This document shows positions 52,037 to 61,695 of a stretch of 64,000 bases of DNA, piece after piece. Within the stretch, counting starts at the first letter, position 1, and every line of letters begins with the position of its first letter. Made by a program: the position numbers and the translations under genes. This DNA is from Deltaproteobacteria bacterium (GTDB lineage: Bacteria; Desulfobacterota; Binatia; HRBIN30). The DNA lies in the NCBI GenBank assembly GCA_016200585.1, contig JACQEN010000188.1:105-64104 (forward strand), read 5' to 3'. A model generated the notes under the pieces. It was given only the letters and a program-made list of their open reading frames with translations, was not told the DNA's origin and made no database searches.

Positions 52037-54400
52037 ATGAAGAAAAGTATGATCGGCATGATTGCGGCGACATTCGCGCTCGTCGCTTGTCGTGCCTCAG
52101 CAGGTACAATGTTCGGTGCGTTGAGCAACTTCGACGCCGTCAATGATACCGGTACTCCGTGCAATGGGTTCGAGATCGAGCTCGACGATATCCAGTCGCG
52201 CGACGTCACCTACACCTTCCAGTACCAGCGCTACGGCGCTCCGAAGATTACCGAGGATTCCTTTGTTGTCGGAGGCGTGTCGCATCCACGAACCTTTGTG
52301 CGCTGGATGAGCTCGTACGACCAGACCAATCACGTGTTTACGCAGACGACGCCGGTTGCACCACTCGGCTTCAAAGATACCGGCGGTCATCTCTGCTTCA
52401 AGAACATGACCGTCAACGGCCAGCCGTACGATACCAGCGGCTGCGAGCACTTCGGTGTCGGCACTCTGAAGAATCCGTCGAACACGGTGTACCGGTGGAT
52501 GAAGGAAGATCCGGCTACCCCCGGCAGTCTGATCGCGCAAGGAAATCCGGTGACCATTCCGGCGCCGGTGTGGAGTGTGAATCCGGCTCCGAATCCTGCC
52601 GTCAATCCTGCTCCGGTGGTTGCGGCGGTGATTCCGGTTCCGCCGCCGCCAGCCGTCGTTCCGGTTCTCTATCTGCCCAACGCCGAGTTCGGTGTGGCCG
52701 TGTGGGCCAAGGTTTTCGAAACCGAATCACCGAACAAGGCCGAGCTGCACCGCCTGGTGTCCGACGACGAGGCCGTTCCAGGCAACCTTGGTCCGGTCCC
52801 AAATGCGAACGCGGTGACCGAGATCGCCTGGCAGATCCTGCAGACGGATACGATGAACCCCACCGCCAACGAGCTTACCTCTTCGAAGCAGATGGGCAAC
52901 GGCAACGAATCGGTGACCCGACGTTACGAGTTCTACAAGTACGTCGGTCCGTACGACGTGAACTCCTCCAATGGTCCCAACACCGGCACCAACGAAGCGA
53001 TTTGCGCCAGTGTCGCGGCGGACGGCCTACACGGGGTCGGCTTCAACGCCGGGTTCAACGTCGATTGCAGCTCGCTGGTCGTCGTCGGCGAGTACATCGG
53101 CGCGCAAATGGCCGCCGCCGATGTCGCCACGCCGCTCTCCGCGAACGATGCGAACCTCGTCGACGGCGAGGTTGGTGTTCCGTATCCGGACCGTCCGCTG
53201 ATCTTCGGCGGCAGCGGCGGACCATACGCCATCGCCTTCTCCGGCGCAGGGACGCTACCGGCGACCGACCTCGGCAATGAGTTTACCCTCGATTCGCTTA
53301 CCGGCGTGCTCAAAGGTGGCATCCCGAAAGGCACAGGCACGTCGACCTTCACCGTTCACGCCACCGACCTGGTCGAGCCGGCGCAGCCGGCCGTCGACGC
53401 AACATTCAATCTTACCGTCGTCGATGCCGTCGCCGTCGACAACATCGCGATTCCGGATGGCGTCAAAAACGTCGCGACGTTGGCCAACCTCACTGCATCG
53501 GGTGGTGCGACGCCTTTTCGTTGGAGCGCCGTGTCCGCCAGCGTTGGACTCAACGCGTCGCTCGTCGGCAATACGCTGTCGCTGACTGCCAACAGCGCTG
53601 GGACGTTCAACGTGCAAGTAACGGTAGACGACAGCCTCCGTGGCACGAGCACGAAGACCCTCACCTACAACGTTCCGGTCGTTGGTGCGGCGACCGCTAC
53701 GCCGACCAACTCGCCGTTGCCGACCAGTACGCCAACCAACTCGCCGCAGCCAACCAACACCCCGACGTCCACTCCAGTGCCGACGGATACGCCGACGAAT
53801 ACGCCGCCGCCGACCAACACGCCAACCGATACGCCGCTCCCGACGAGTACACCCACCAACTCGCCGCCGCCGACAAATTCGCTGACGAACACCCCCTTGC
53901 CGACCGACACGCCGACCAACATTCCAGTGTCGACGAGTACGCCGACGAATACCGTGGTGCCTACCAACACTCCAAGCGCTGGAAGCTTGACTCTTTCCCT
54001 GGTTGGGATTCGTCCGGCTGCTTCTGCCAGCGCGAGCAACGGTACCGTTGCGCTTGCCGGTAGCCTGGCGAATGCCGCTGCCATCGACACATCGGGCGGC
54101 CTGGTTATCCGCGTTCAAGCCGGCGGCCTCGATCAAATTCGGATGTTTACGGCGCAGGATTGCAGGGCGCTCGGCCCGATCATTGAATGTGTCAGTGCCG
54201 GCCGAACGGCGACTGCACGATTCGGCCCCACACGAACGAACCGCAGCCGGGCGTTCACGGCTTCGCTCGACAAGCTGTCGATTACCGGACCGTTCTCCGG
54301 GCCGGTCACGATGACGTTGACGGAGCTTCAATCGGGCATGTCTCGCAGCGGTGCGATTGCGACCTGTCACACCATGGGTCGCGGCCTCGTGTGCAGGTAA
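52037..54400 (+). CDS. Secreted modular protein P4: unassigned N-domain, Pro-rich spacer, Ig-like repeats, PT linker, 4-Cys C-terminal module
   Basis: GAGGAGGA before ATG 52037. Signal MKKSMIGMIAATFALVACRASA. Putative Ig-type segments (LTGVLKGGIPKGTGTSTFTVHATD). PT linker at 53693-53974. Confidence 0.75.
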   Translation: MKKSMIGMIAATFALVACRASAGTMFGALSNFDAVNDTGTPCNGFEIELDDIQSRDVTYTFQYQRYGAPKITEDSFVVGGVSHPRTFVRWMSSYDQTNHVFTQTTPVAPLGFKDTGGHLCFKNMTVNGQPYDTSGCEHFGVGTLKNPSNTVYRWMKEDPATPGSLIAQGNPVTIPAPVWSVNPAPNPAVNPAPVVAAVIPVPPPPAVVPVLYLPNAEFGVAVWAKVFETESPNKAELHRLVSDDEAVPGNLGPVPNANAVTEIAWQILQTDTMNPTANELTSSKQMGNGNESVTRRYEFYKYVGPYDVNSSNGPNTGTNEAICASVAADGLHGVGFNAGFNVDCSSLVVVGEYIGAQMAAADVATPLSANDANLVDGEVGVPYPDRPLIFGGSGGPYAIAFSGAGTLPATDLGNEFTLDSLTGVLKGGIPKGTGTSTFTVHATDLVEPAQPAVDATFNLTVVDAVAVDNIAIPDGVKNVATLANLTASGGATPFRWSAVSASVGLNASLVGNTLSLTANSAGTFNVQVTVDDSLRGTSTKTLTYNVPVVGAATATPTNSPLPTSTPTNSPQPTNTPTSTPVPTDTPTNTPPPTNTPTDTPLPTSTPTNSPPPTNSLTNTPLPTDTPTNIPVSTSTPTNTVVPTNTPSAGSLTLSLVGIRPAASASASNGTVALAGSLANAAAIDTSGGLVIRVQAGGLDQIRMFTAQDCRALGPIIECVSAGRTATARFGPTRTNRSRAFTASLDKLSITGPFSGPVTMTLTELQSGMSRSGAIATCHTMGRGLVCR
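53693..53974 (+). repeat. PT linker of P4 (in-frame low complexity)
   Basis: [48 protein letters not shown]... Confidence 0.9.
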
Positions 54401-54455
54401 CCGCGCTCAACAACGAGTGTTCAAGAGAAGTCTCAAGACAACAGGAGAAAAAATA

Positions 54456-54983
54456 ATGAAGAAGATTGCCAGTGCCATCACCTTGCTGCTCGCCGCCGTG
54501 AGCAGCGCTTACGCAACCCAGGAGACCTTCACGACAGCCGGTGCCCTGGACTGTACATCCGTCGCGTTCTGCGTGCAGAAGACCAGCGATAACTTGTTCA
54601 CGCTGCAGTTTATCCCGACCTACCCGACCTCGGCGCCGTCGGCGACGGGGTTCAACGTCAACGAGCCGGCGATTGAAGTCTACAACGCCAACGGCGGTCT
54701 GCTCGATCTCAACAGCATGCAGATCGCGCTGACCGGCTCGGATTTCTACAACGGCATGAACTTCCTGGGCGCCGTGCAGCTCGAGGTGCAGGATGGCGCC
54801 GGCAACTGGTCGTACCTGACGCAGTGGAGCACGTACATCGGATCCGCAAAGGGGATCTACGTCACGTTCAACGGTCGCAATTTGGCGTCGCCGTTGGTGC
54901 GCAACGTCAAGGGCGTGCGCTTCACGGGCATCAACGGCGCGACGGCGTTCAGGCTGGGAATGGTCAACCTGACGGCCCACTGA
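54456..54983 (+). CDS. Small secreted hypothetical protein (P5)
   Basis: AGGAGAAAAAATA before ATG 54456. Signal MKKIASAITLLLAAVSSAYA. Beta-rich body. No family recognised. Confidence 0.5.
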   Translation: MKKIASAITLLLAAVSSAYATQETFTTAGALDCTSVAFCVQKTSDNLFTLQFIPTYPTSAPSATGFNVNEPAIEVYNANGGLLDLNSMQIALTGSDFYNGMNFLGAVQLEVQDGAGNWSYLTQWSTYIGSAKGIYVTFNGRNLASPLVRNVKGVRFTGINGATAFRLGMVNLTAH

Positions 54984-55017
54984 AGCGGCGCGACGGCTGG
55001 AAGCGCAAGCGTGTGGT

Positions 55018-56094
55018 TCAAAAGCGGTGGATGAAGCTTGCCATGACCAAGAAGTCTGCGAACGTGCCGTCGCCGCCGGGGTATCCCGCGGCCTCTTCGG
55101 CGGCGCTGCGTTCGCGGTTGCGATAGACCGCGACCGGGGCTGTGATCGAAATGGCGTTACGCTCGTGCGACCAGGTCGACCCCGGTTCGAGAGAAACGAC
55201 GTAGCCGGGGCGGCGGAAACCAAGGCTGCCGCCGATAGCGTCGTGCACCGGAATGCCCTCGTCGCGCACGCCCAGTGACAAAGCCAATCCTTGCTCCGGC
55301 CAGACGCTGTAGTTCACGCCGGCCCTGCCCAGGTACTGATCGGCAATCGAGTTGTGCTTTAGAGCGCTGGGAACCTCGAACTGGTCGGCATAGGGTACTT
55401 CGACGCCGTTTTGCTCCTGAGGCGTCATCAAGTACGAACCCGACACGTACCCCGACAAACCGCGGTAGATTTTCTGATACGCCTGCACCTCGAGAATGAC
55501 TCCCCAGCCGCCGTCGCCCGGCTGAATTGCCAGATCCACCGGACGAACGACCGGGCCGGTGTCGCGGTGCGCAACATCGGACGCCTTGTCATCCCCGGTG
55601 GGTGCTTTGAGCCCAATGCCCAGGGCAATGTTGCCGTCCATGAATTCGTGGGGATTCAGCAGCCAGAAGTCGGTCACCAGACGGACATCCGCCAAGCCGC
55701 CGGCGTGCATCGTGTGCTGGTGAATTCCGTCGTGTTCGTATTTCGTAGTTCGGTCGCCGGAAACAAACGGCAGAGAGAATGTAGCGCTCCAACGATCGGT
55801 GATTCCGTACGCGACGGACAGGTCGATGGAGTGGATTTCGTTGCTCACCGGATCTTCGGCTTCGACCCGATGCTGTTCCTGATCGCCTCGGAAATCGGAG
55901 TCGGAGTGCAACCAGCGGTACGACACCGATGCCAACCACTCATTGGCCATGAGCGTACAGTTCGCACAGCCCTCCAACAGCGGCGAGGTGGGATTGTAGC
56001 GGGCCGCGACACATCCCTGCGCCAGAACCCGAGACGGTAGTGCGCTGAACAGCAACAGCGCTGCGGTTGCGCACCATCTCAATACCGACTTCAT
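55018..56094 (-). CDS. Outer-membrane transporter-type beta-barrel (MetA-pathway/phenol-degradation-like, tentative)
   Basis: Signal MKSVLRWCATAALLLFSALPSRVLA. GIGLKAPTGD motif. Alternating strands. C-terminal ...ASFIHRF ending in Phe. Confidence 0.7.
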   Translation of the reverse strand: MKSVLRWCATAALLLFSALPSRVLAQGCVAARYNPTSPLLEGCANCTLMANEWLASVSYRWLHSDSDFRGDQEQHRVEAEDPVSNEIHSIDLSVAYGITDRWSATFSLPFVSGDRTTKYEHDGIHQHTMHAGGLADVRLVTDFWLLNPHEFMDGNIALGIGLKAPTGDDKASDVAHRDTGPVVRPVDLAIQPGDGGWGVILEVQAYQKIYRGLSGYVSGSYLMTPQEQNGVEVPYADQFEVPSALKHNSIADQYLGRAGVNYSVWPEQGLALSLGVRDEGIPVHDAIGGSLGFRRPGYVVSLEPGSTWSHERNAISITAPVAVYRNRERSAAEEAAGYPGGDGTFADFLVMASFIHRF

Positions 56095-56216
56095 CGTCCG
56101 AGCCCCCGGATCATAAGGACGCCACGACATACTCTTCGTCGGATTGCGGCTCAAGGGACGGCATCGGACGATGCGCACGTCGAGCCTGACGCAGATCGAC
56201 CGCGATGTGCCTGCAC

Positions 56217-56981
56217 CTAAACTCTGCGCTCGACGCCCAGGGCGGCGAACAGGCGCTTCCGGAGAAGGCGCAGCTCGCTGCCGTCCGGATCGCGCGGATG
56301 CGGCAGCGGATTAACGACGACGTCGACAAAGGTCGCCGGGCAGCGGGTCATCACCGCGATGCGGTCGGCGAGCTCGCAGGCTTCTTCGACGTCGTGCGTC
56401 ACCAGCACGCAGGTCTTTCGCGTCTGTTGCCAGATCTTCACGATCTCGCGGCGCATCTCGAGTCGCGTCAACGCATCGAGCGCGCCAAACGGCTCGTCGA
56501 GATAGAGTACGTCGGGCTCCACCGCCAAGGCGCGGGCGTATTCGACGCGTTGTTTCATGCCGCCAGAGAGCTGATTCGGATAGACGTGCTCGAAGCCTCG
56601 GAGGCCGACGAGGTCGACGTAGCGCTGCACCGTGCGGCGGATCTGCTCGGGCGGCGTCGCGCTCGAAACGCCGAACGCAATGTTCTCGGCGACGTTGAGC
56701 CACGGGAAGATCGCGGATTCCTGGAATACCAGGACGCGACGTGGCGACGGACTGCGGACCGGTTCGCCGTCCACTTCGATCGTTCCACCATCGATGCGCT
56801 CGAATCCGGCAAGGCAGTTGAGCAGCGTCGTCTTGCCGCAACCCGAGGGGCCGACAATGGCGACGAACTCGCCATCGCGGACTTCGAGATCGATGCCGTC
56901 CAGAACACGCACTTCACCCTTGCGGTCGCGGAAACTCTTGCGTACCCCGCGGGCGCAAATGCGAATGGCGCGCTCATCCAT
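56217..56981 (-). CDS. ABC transporter ATP-binding protein (NitT/TauT family)
   Basis: Walker A GPSGCGKTT, signature LSGGMKQRV, Walker B VLYLDEPFGALD. Confidence 0.9.
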   Translation of the reverse strand: MDERAIRICARGVRKSFRDRKGEVRVLDGIDLEVRDGEFVAIVGPSGCGKTTLLNCLAGFERIDGGTIEVDGEPVRSPSPRRVLVFQESAIFPWLNVAENIAFGVSSATPPEQIRRTVQRYVDLVGLRGFEHVYPNQLSGGMKQRVEYARALAVEPDVLYLDEPFGALDALTRLEMRREIVKIWQQTRKTCVLVTHDVEEACELADRIAVMTRCPATFVDVVVNPLPHPRDPDGSELRLLRKRLFAALGVERRV

Positions 56982-58098
56982 GGCCGGCCAGCCCCCGGCG
57001 CTCGAGCTCGATGCGCTCGACGTAGCGCACCGCGGCGTCGATCAGAAAGCCGATGGCGCCGATGGTCATCATCGCGGCGACGACGCGGTCGTAACGCAGT
57101 TGGTTACGAGCGTCGAGCACGAGGTAACCAAGACCCGACTCGACTCCCAGCATTTCGGCGGCAACCACGACAACCCAGGCGATTCCGACCGAGATCCGCA
57201 CCGCCGTGAGGATGCTGGGCAGCGCCGCCGGCAGGATCACGCGGCGCGCCAGGTCGATTCCACGCACGCCGAAGTTGATGGCCGTGCGGCGATACTTGAG
57301 ATCGACGCTGGTGACCGCGGCGGCCGTCGAGACCGTAACCGGGAAGAACGCCGCAAGAAAGATCAAGAACACCGCCGCGAGATCGCCGCCGCCAAAGGCC
57401 AGTGTGGCAACCGGCAACCAGGCGATCGGCGAAATCGGTCGCAGCACTTGAATCACGGCGTTGGCCGGTGCGCTCAGCCACGCGAAGCTCCCGAAGGCCA
57501 GCCCGAATGGGATTCCGAGCGCCAGCGCCAAGCCGACGCCGGCGGCGACGCGAAACACCGACGCGACGATGTGGCGCAACAGTTCGCCGTTCGCGGCCAT
57601 CTCGATGAGCGCGCGGCTGGCCTCCCATGGGTCCGGTAGCCAGGCGGCACGGATGGCCCTGGCGCTCTGCGTCATGGCGGCCCGCCGCCGCGCTTCGGCG
57701 CAAGAGTCGGTGCCGGATGGCAGCGACACTTCAACCGGTTCGAGGCCGCCGCCGAACTCCTGGCGCACGGTCTGCAGCATCGATTTCAGGGTGTCACCAC
57801 CGGGCGCTTCGGGCGGCATGCCGACAACAGTCGGTTGCGACGCCTTGATCCAAGCGCGCAGTCGCAGGCCTTCCGATTCTGCCGCCGGGATTTCCAGCGA
57901 CAGCGGCTCTTGCAACATCATCTCGCCAACGGTGCCGAGCACGACGACACACACCGAGCCGTCGCGCGGCGTCGAGAAGGCGAGCGCGACTCGTTGCAGC
58001 GCAGCCGGGCGCGTCAGCGAGACGATGACCTGCCACAACAACAACAGCAGTGCCCAGCCTGCCAGTGTCAAAAAAGCGCGTGTTCTCGGCTTCACCAC
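56974..58098 (-). CDS. ABC transporter permease (NitT/TauT family) with an about 130-aa insertion after TM1
   Basis: C-terminal 240 aa is permease-like (EAA-type loop region VDLKYRRTAINFGVRGIDLARRVILPAALP). 8-nt overlap with the ATPase gene. Confidence 0.85.
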   Translation of the reverse strand: MVKPRTRAFLTLAGWALLLLLWQVIVSLTRPAALQRVALAFSTPRDGSVCVVVLGTVGEMMLQEPLSLEIPAAESEGLRLRAWIKASQPTVVGMPPEAPGGDTLKSMLQTVRQEFGGGLEPVEVSLPSGTDSCAEARRRAAMTQSARAIRAAWLPDPWEASRALIEMAANGELLRHIVASVFRVAAGVGLALALGIPFGLAFGSFAWLSAPANAVIQVLRPISPIAWLPVATLAFGGGDLAAVFLIFLAAFFPVTVSTAAAVTSVDLKYRRTAINFGVRGIDLARRVILPAALPSILTAVRISVGIAWVVVVAAEMLGVESGLGYLVLDARNQLRYDRVVAAMMTIGAIGFLIDAAVRYVERIELERRGLAGHG

Positions 58099-58130
58099 AT
58101 TCTACCTGAAGGCATGCAGCTTCCCACGGT

Positions 58131-59261
58131 TCAACGCGTTGCGTGGGCGGCGAAGGTCGTGTCGCAGTAGTCGTCGAAGCCGAACGGATCGTCCGTGGAC
58201 GACGGTCGGAAGTAACCGAGCCGTTCGGCGTAGCGCTGGATCTCTTCGAAATCCCGCCGGGCAGGGACGAGATCCGTATAGCGAACCCGGTCGGGTGGCT
58301 TCGACAAGACGAAACGCAGCAGCTCCGGATCCTGGTGGTAGTACTCCTCGCGGGCCGCAATCGCCGCCGCCTGCATACGATGCGAGCTACTCCAGTCCTC
58401 GGGCAGAACCGCCACCTTGGAGTCATCGGAACCTTGTGCGCCGGCGCGGTACACGCCGGCCGTCAGATCTTCACCCGGTGCGTCGATCCATTTGCCTGAT
58501 GCGGCGATTCCGTCGACCAACTCCTGTACCAGGGCACGATCGTCGCGGATGAGGTCTTCGCGTACGACGAGGACACAGGAGATGAAGTTCGGCCACAGGT
58601 CCTTGGTGAAGGCCAGCACGCGCCCGAAACCGTCGATCTCCGCTTTCGCGGCCATCGGTTCGCCGACGATGTACGCGTCGACGGCGCGCTTCTGCAGCGC
58701 CGACGGCATTTCGGGCGGCGGATAGACGACGAGCTTGAGATCGTCCGGCTGCATGCCGCGCTTCTCCAACTCGCGCGCCAAGAGGATGCGCTGATTCGAA
58801 TAATTGTGCGGGATGGCAACGGTGCGCCCCTTCAGGTCTTCGAAGCGCCGAATGTCCGAGTCGCGATGGACGACGAGTGTCGTGCCGTCGCGATGACCGA
58901 GGTAGACGATCTTGATCGGTGTTCCCTCGCGCCGCAGTGTCATCGCCAGCGGCGCCAGGATGAAGCTTGCCTGCAACTGTCCTTGCCGTAGCTCTTCGGC
59001 CATCGTCGCGAACTCGGTGAACTTCTTGGAGCGGAACAACGAACCGCGCTGGCTGTGTGTGCTGACCCAGTTGGTGACGGGGCAGGTCAAGTGACAGGTC
59101 ACCGGCAGAAACCCGACAACCAACTCATCGCGTCGCGATCCTTGCTGGCCGAAGCGCTTCAAGAAGGCCTGCCAGCCGCCCAGGTTGAGTTGCACGTGCA
59201 GCGCGAACAGGGCGACCACAATGGCCACCGTGGCCGACACGAGCTTCGAGAAGCGGGGCAT
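58131..59261 (-). CDS. ABC transporter substrate-binding protein (NrtA/SsuA/NMT1-like), membrane-anchored
   Basis: ATG 59261. N-terminal anchor LVSATVAIVVALFAL. LVVGFLPVTCHLTCPV resembles the NrtA-type GFxPLTD start. Confidence 0.8.
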   Translation of the reverse strand: MPRFSKLVSATVAIVVALFALHVQLNLGGWQAFLKRFGQQGSRRDELVVGFLPVTCHLTCPVTNWVSTHSQRGSLFRSKKFTEFATMAEELRQGQLQASFILAPLAMTLRREGTPIKIVYLGHRDGTTLVVHRDSDIRRFEDLKGRTVAIPHNYSNQRILLARELEKRGMQPDDLKLVVYPPPEMPSALQKRAVDAYIVGEPMAAKAEIDGFGRVLAFTKDLWPNFISCVLVVREDLIRDDRALVQELVDGIAASGKWIDAPGEDLTAGVYRAGAQGSDDSKVAVLPEDWSSSHRMQAAAIAAREEYYHQDPELLRFVLSKPPDRVRYTDLVPARRDFEEIQRYAERLGYFRPSSTDDPFGFDDYCDTTFAAHATR

Positions 59262-59363
59262 GGACGAACAGCTATCCTTGCGCCGCAGTCTAGAGCAAGC
59301 ACAACCGCTGTGGGAGCAAAGGCCCAACGCGAGCCAGCGTGCCGCGTTTTTCGAGCAGCCTCA

Positions 59364-60866
59364 TCATTTCTCTGAAAACCGACCGTTGCGGCTGACCTCG
59401 ATCTTCCGGCCGCAGAATTCTTCTTGGGTCATCGCCACGAGCAGCGCCTTGTCCTCTGTCCGTGCGACCGTGCGCTTTCCTTCCGGCGTGTCGCAGATGG
59501 CGATGGCGTGCGACGGGTCGTCGCGGTTGAACATCACGGTGTAGCCGGCGATGGTTGCCGGACCGGCGTACTCGCCGTCGAGCGGTACCGGCAAATCGAT
59601 TTTGGCAGCGGCCGCTGTAACGTCTTCGTAGCCGTACCCGGCTTCACCGAACTGGTTCGAAAGCACTACGCAGGCTTGCTTGCCGAAGATGCCGCTAAGG
59701 TTGGAAACCAGACCGAAGCGCCGCGCCGGTGATTGTTCCGGCTCGTTCTCGCGCAACACTTCGACCATGCGTGCAACACCTTCCAGGCTGAAGTGATTGA
59801 AGGGCCCGCCGGCGAACGCCATGGATCCAGTCACCGTCAGCGGGCACACTCCGTCGACCTTCAAGTCCAACGCGAACGATTGAATGGCCGCCGGGAAGCA
59901 GCTGTAGAGCTCGACGGCTTTGAGATCTTTGGGGGCGATGCCGGCCAGGGCCAGCGCCCTCTCGCCGCACAACTCCGTGCCCGGATGGCTGTACAGTTGC
60001 CGCTGCTGCGCCAACACGACGACATGCTTCGACTCCGCCGCCGATACCGGGTAGATCCAGCCGCTCGGATCCAATCCCAATTGCTGCGCCCGTGCCGCCG
60101 AGCAGACGAGAATGGCGACCGCCTGGTTGACGTTCCACTGCGTGCAGTGGCGCTTGGTGTAGGGGAACGCCAGCATCGAGTTTTTCGGCGTGGCGTTACG
60201 GATCTCCTCGGCGCGCACCGGTTCACGACGCCAAGCGTGCGGATTGGCTGCGGCGACCTCGCTGAACGAGCTGTAGAGTCGGGCGAGCGTATCGCGGTGC
60301 GCGTCGACGCTCAGACCTTGGTGGTGACGCAGCGCCGACTCGATGATGGCGAACAACTCGGCCGGCAGGTGAAGGCCGCGCTGGCCCTCGAGGTCGCTGC
60401 AAAACGGATCTTTCGACGTGTGGTGTACGTCGGGCTCCGGCGTGTCTTCGGGTTGTGGCGTGTCGTGCACCGGTTGCTGCGTGATCATGCTGCGCAGCTC
60501 GCGGAACTGCGCTTCACCGCCGGTGACCACGCCGATCTGCTGCTCGCCGGCTGCAATGGCGCGACACAAGTCGCTGAGCAGGGTGAGCTGCAAGACGCCG
60601 AGGTCGGAGATGATGCTCTTTGCCGACGGACAGCCGATGGCTTCGGCGATCAACTTGCCGGGGTTGCGATACTGCCACATCCCCTGCGGTACGGAGATCG
60701 ACTCGAGCTGCCGCAGCAGAGCGTTTGACCCGGCGTCGCCGGCGGCGTTGCGCACCGCGCGCACCATCAACTGGTACGGCTCGGCACACTGGGTCGGGTC
60801 GTCGATGCGTTCTTGATGAAAACCGATTCCGACGATGATCGGAGTGTTGGGCGCGAGCTTGGGCAT
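59364..60866 (-). CDS. Thiolase-fold protein (non-canonical) with a C-terminal OB/DUF35-like extension
   Basis: Thiolase-like GVVTGGEAQF and FAGGPFNHFSLEG segments, but no Cys where the nucleophile is expected by eye. The last about 110 aa (PATIAGYTVMFNRD...AICDTPEGKR) is DUF35-like. Confidence 0.7.
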   Translation of the reverse strand: MPKLAPNTPIIVGIGFHQERIDDPTQCAEPYQLMVRAVRNAAGDAGSNALLRQLESISVPQGMWQYRNPGKLIAEAIGCPSAKSIISDLGVLQLTLLSDLCRAIAAGEQQIGVVTGGEAQFRELRSMITQQPVHDTPQPEDTPEPDVHHTSKDPFCSDLEGQRGLHLPAELFAIIESALRHHQGLSVDAHRDTLARLYSSFSEVAAANPHAWRREPVRAEEIRNATPKNSMLAFPYTKRHCTQWNVNQAVAILVCSAARAQQLGLDPSGWIYPVSAAESKHVVVLAQQRQLYSHPGTELCGERALALAGIAPKDLKAVELYSCFPAAIQSFALDLKVDGVCPLTVTGSMAFAGGPFNHFSLEGVARMVEVLRENEPEQSPARRFGLVSNLSGIFGKQACVVLSNQFGEAGYGYEDVTAAAAKIDLPVPLDGEYAGPATIAGYTVMFNRDDPSHAIAICDTPEGKRTVARTEDKALLVAMTQEEFCGRKIEVSRNGRFSEK

Positions 60867-60869
60867 CGA

Positions 60870-61667
60870 TCACTCGCCTGTGTAGACCGGCTTGCGCTTC
60901 TCGGCGAAGGCCTTCATCCCTTCGCGCGCGTCGCGCGTGCCGAAGATGGGGCTGCCGACTTCGAGCTCCTTGGCCAGGGCGTCGACCTCGCTGTAGCTTT
61001 CGTCGACTTCGCGCAGCATCTGCATGAGGGCGCGGATCGACAGCGGGCCGTTCTCGCAAATTTGAGCGGCAATCTTCTTGGCCTCGGCCAGCGCCTGGCC
61101 TTTGGGGGCGAGCCGCCCCACCAATCCGAAACGCAGCGCCTCCTGTGCGCTGACGTGCCGGCCGGTGAGCAGGATCTCCGCCGCGAGTGTGTAGGGGATC
61201 TGTCGTCGCAATCGCACGCTCGAGCCACCGAGCGGGAAGAGTCCGCGACGTGCCTCGGTGACGCCGAAGACCGCGTCTTCGGCGGCGACACGAATGTCGG
61301 TGCCTTGCAGAATCTCGGTGCCGCCCGCCACCGCATAGCCTTCGACCGCGGTGATGATCGGTTTCAACGGTCGGTTGTGCCGCAGCAGCGCTTGCCAGTG
61401 GATGTCGGGTACCTCCGACATCAGCTGCATGAACTCGTCGTCGGTCTCGCCGGCACCCATCGACTTGAGGTCGGCGCCGGCACAAAAGACGTCGCCGCGC
61501 CCGGTGAGAATGGCGACACGTAACTCCGGGTCGTTGTCGAGCATGCGCCAGGCACGATACATGCCGGCGAGCATTCCGGAGCTCAGCGCATTCTTCGCCT
61601 CCGGACGATTCAGGGTCACGATCAGGATGTGGCCCTCGCGTTCGATCAAACAATGGTCACGGTTCAT
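60870..61667 (-). CDS. Enoyl-CoA hydratase/isomerase (crotonase) family
   Basis: ILIVTLNRPEAKNAL, FCAGADLK, AVEGYAVAGGTEIL. Confidence 0.9.
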   Translation of the reverse strand: MNRDHCLIEREGHILIVTLNRPEAKNALSSGMLAGMYRAWRMLDNDPELRVAILTGRGDVFCAGADLKSMGAGETDDEFMQLMSEVPDIHWQALLRHNRPLKPIITAVEGYAVAGGTEILQGTDIRVAAEDAVFGVTEARRGLFPLGGSSVRLRRQIPYTLAAEILLTGRHVSAQEALRFGLVGRLAPKGQALAEAKKIAAQICENGPLSIRALMQMLREVDESYSEVDALAKELEVGSPIFGTRDAREGMKAFAEKRKPVYTGE

Positions 61668-61695
61668 ACGGTCTCCTTGGTCGATTGCGGTCGAA

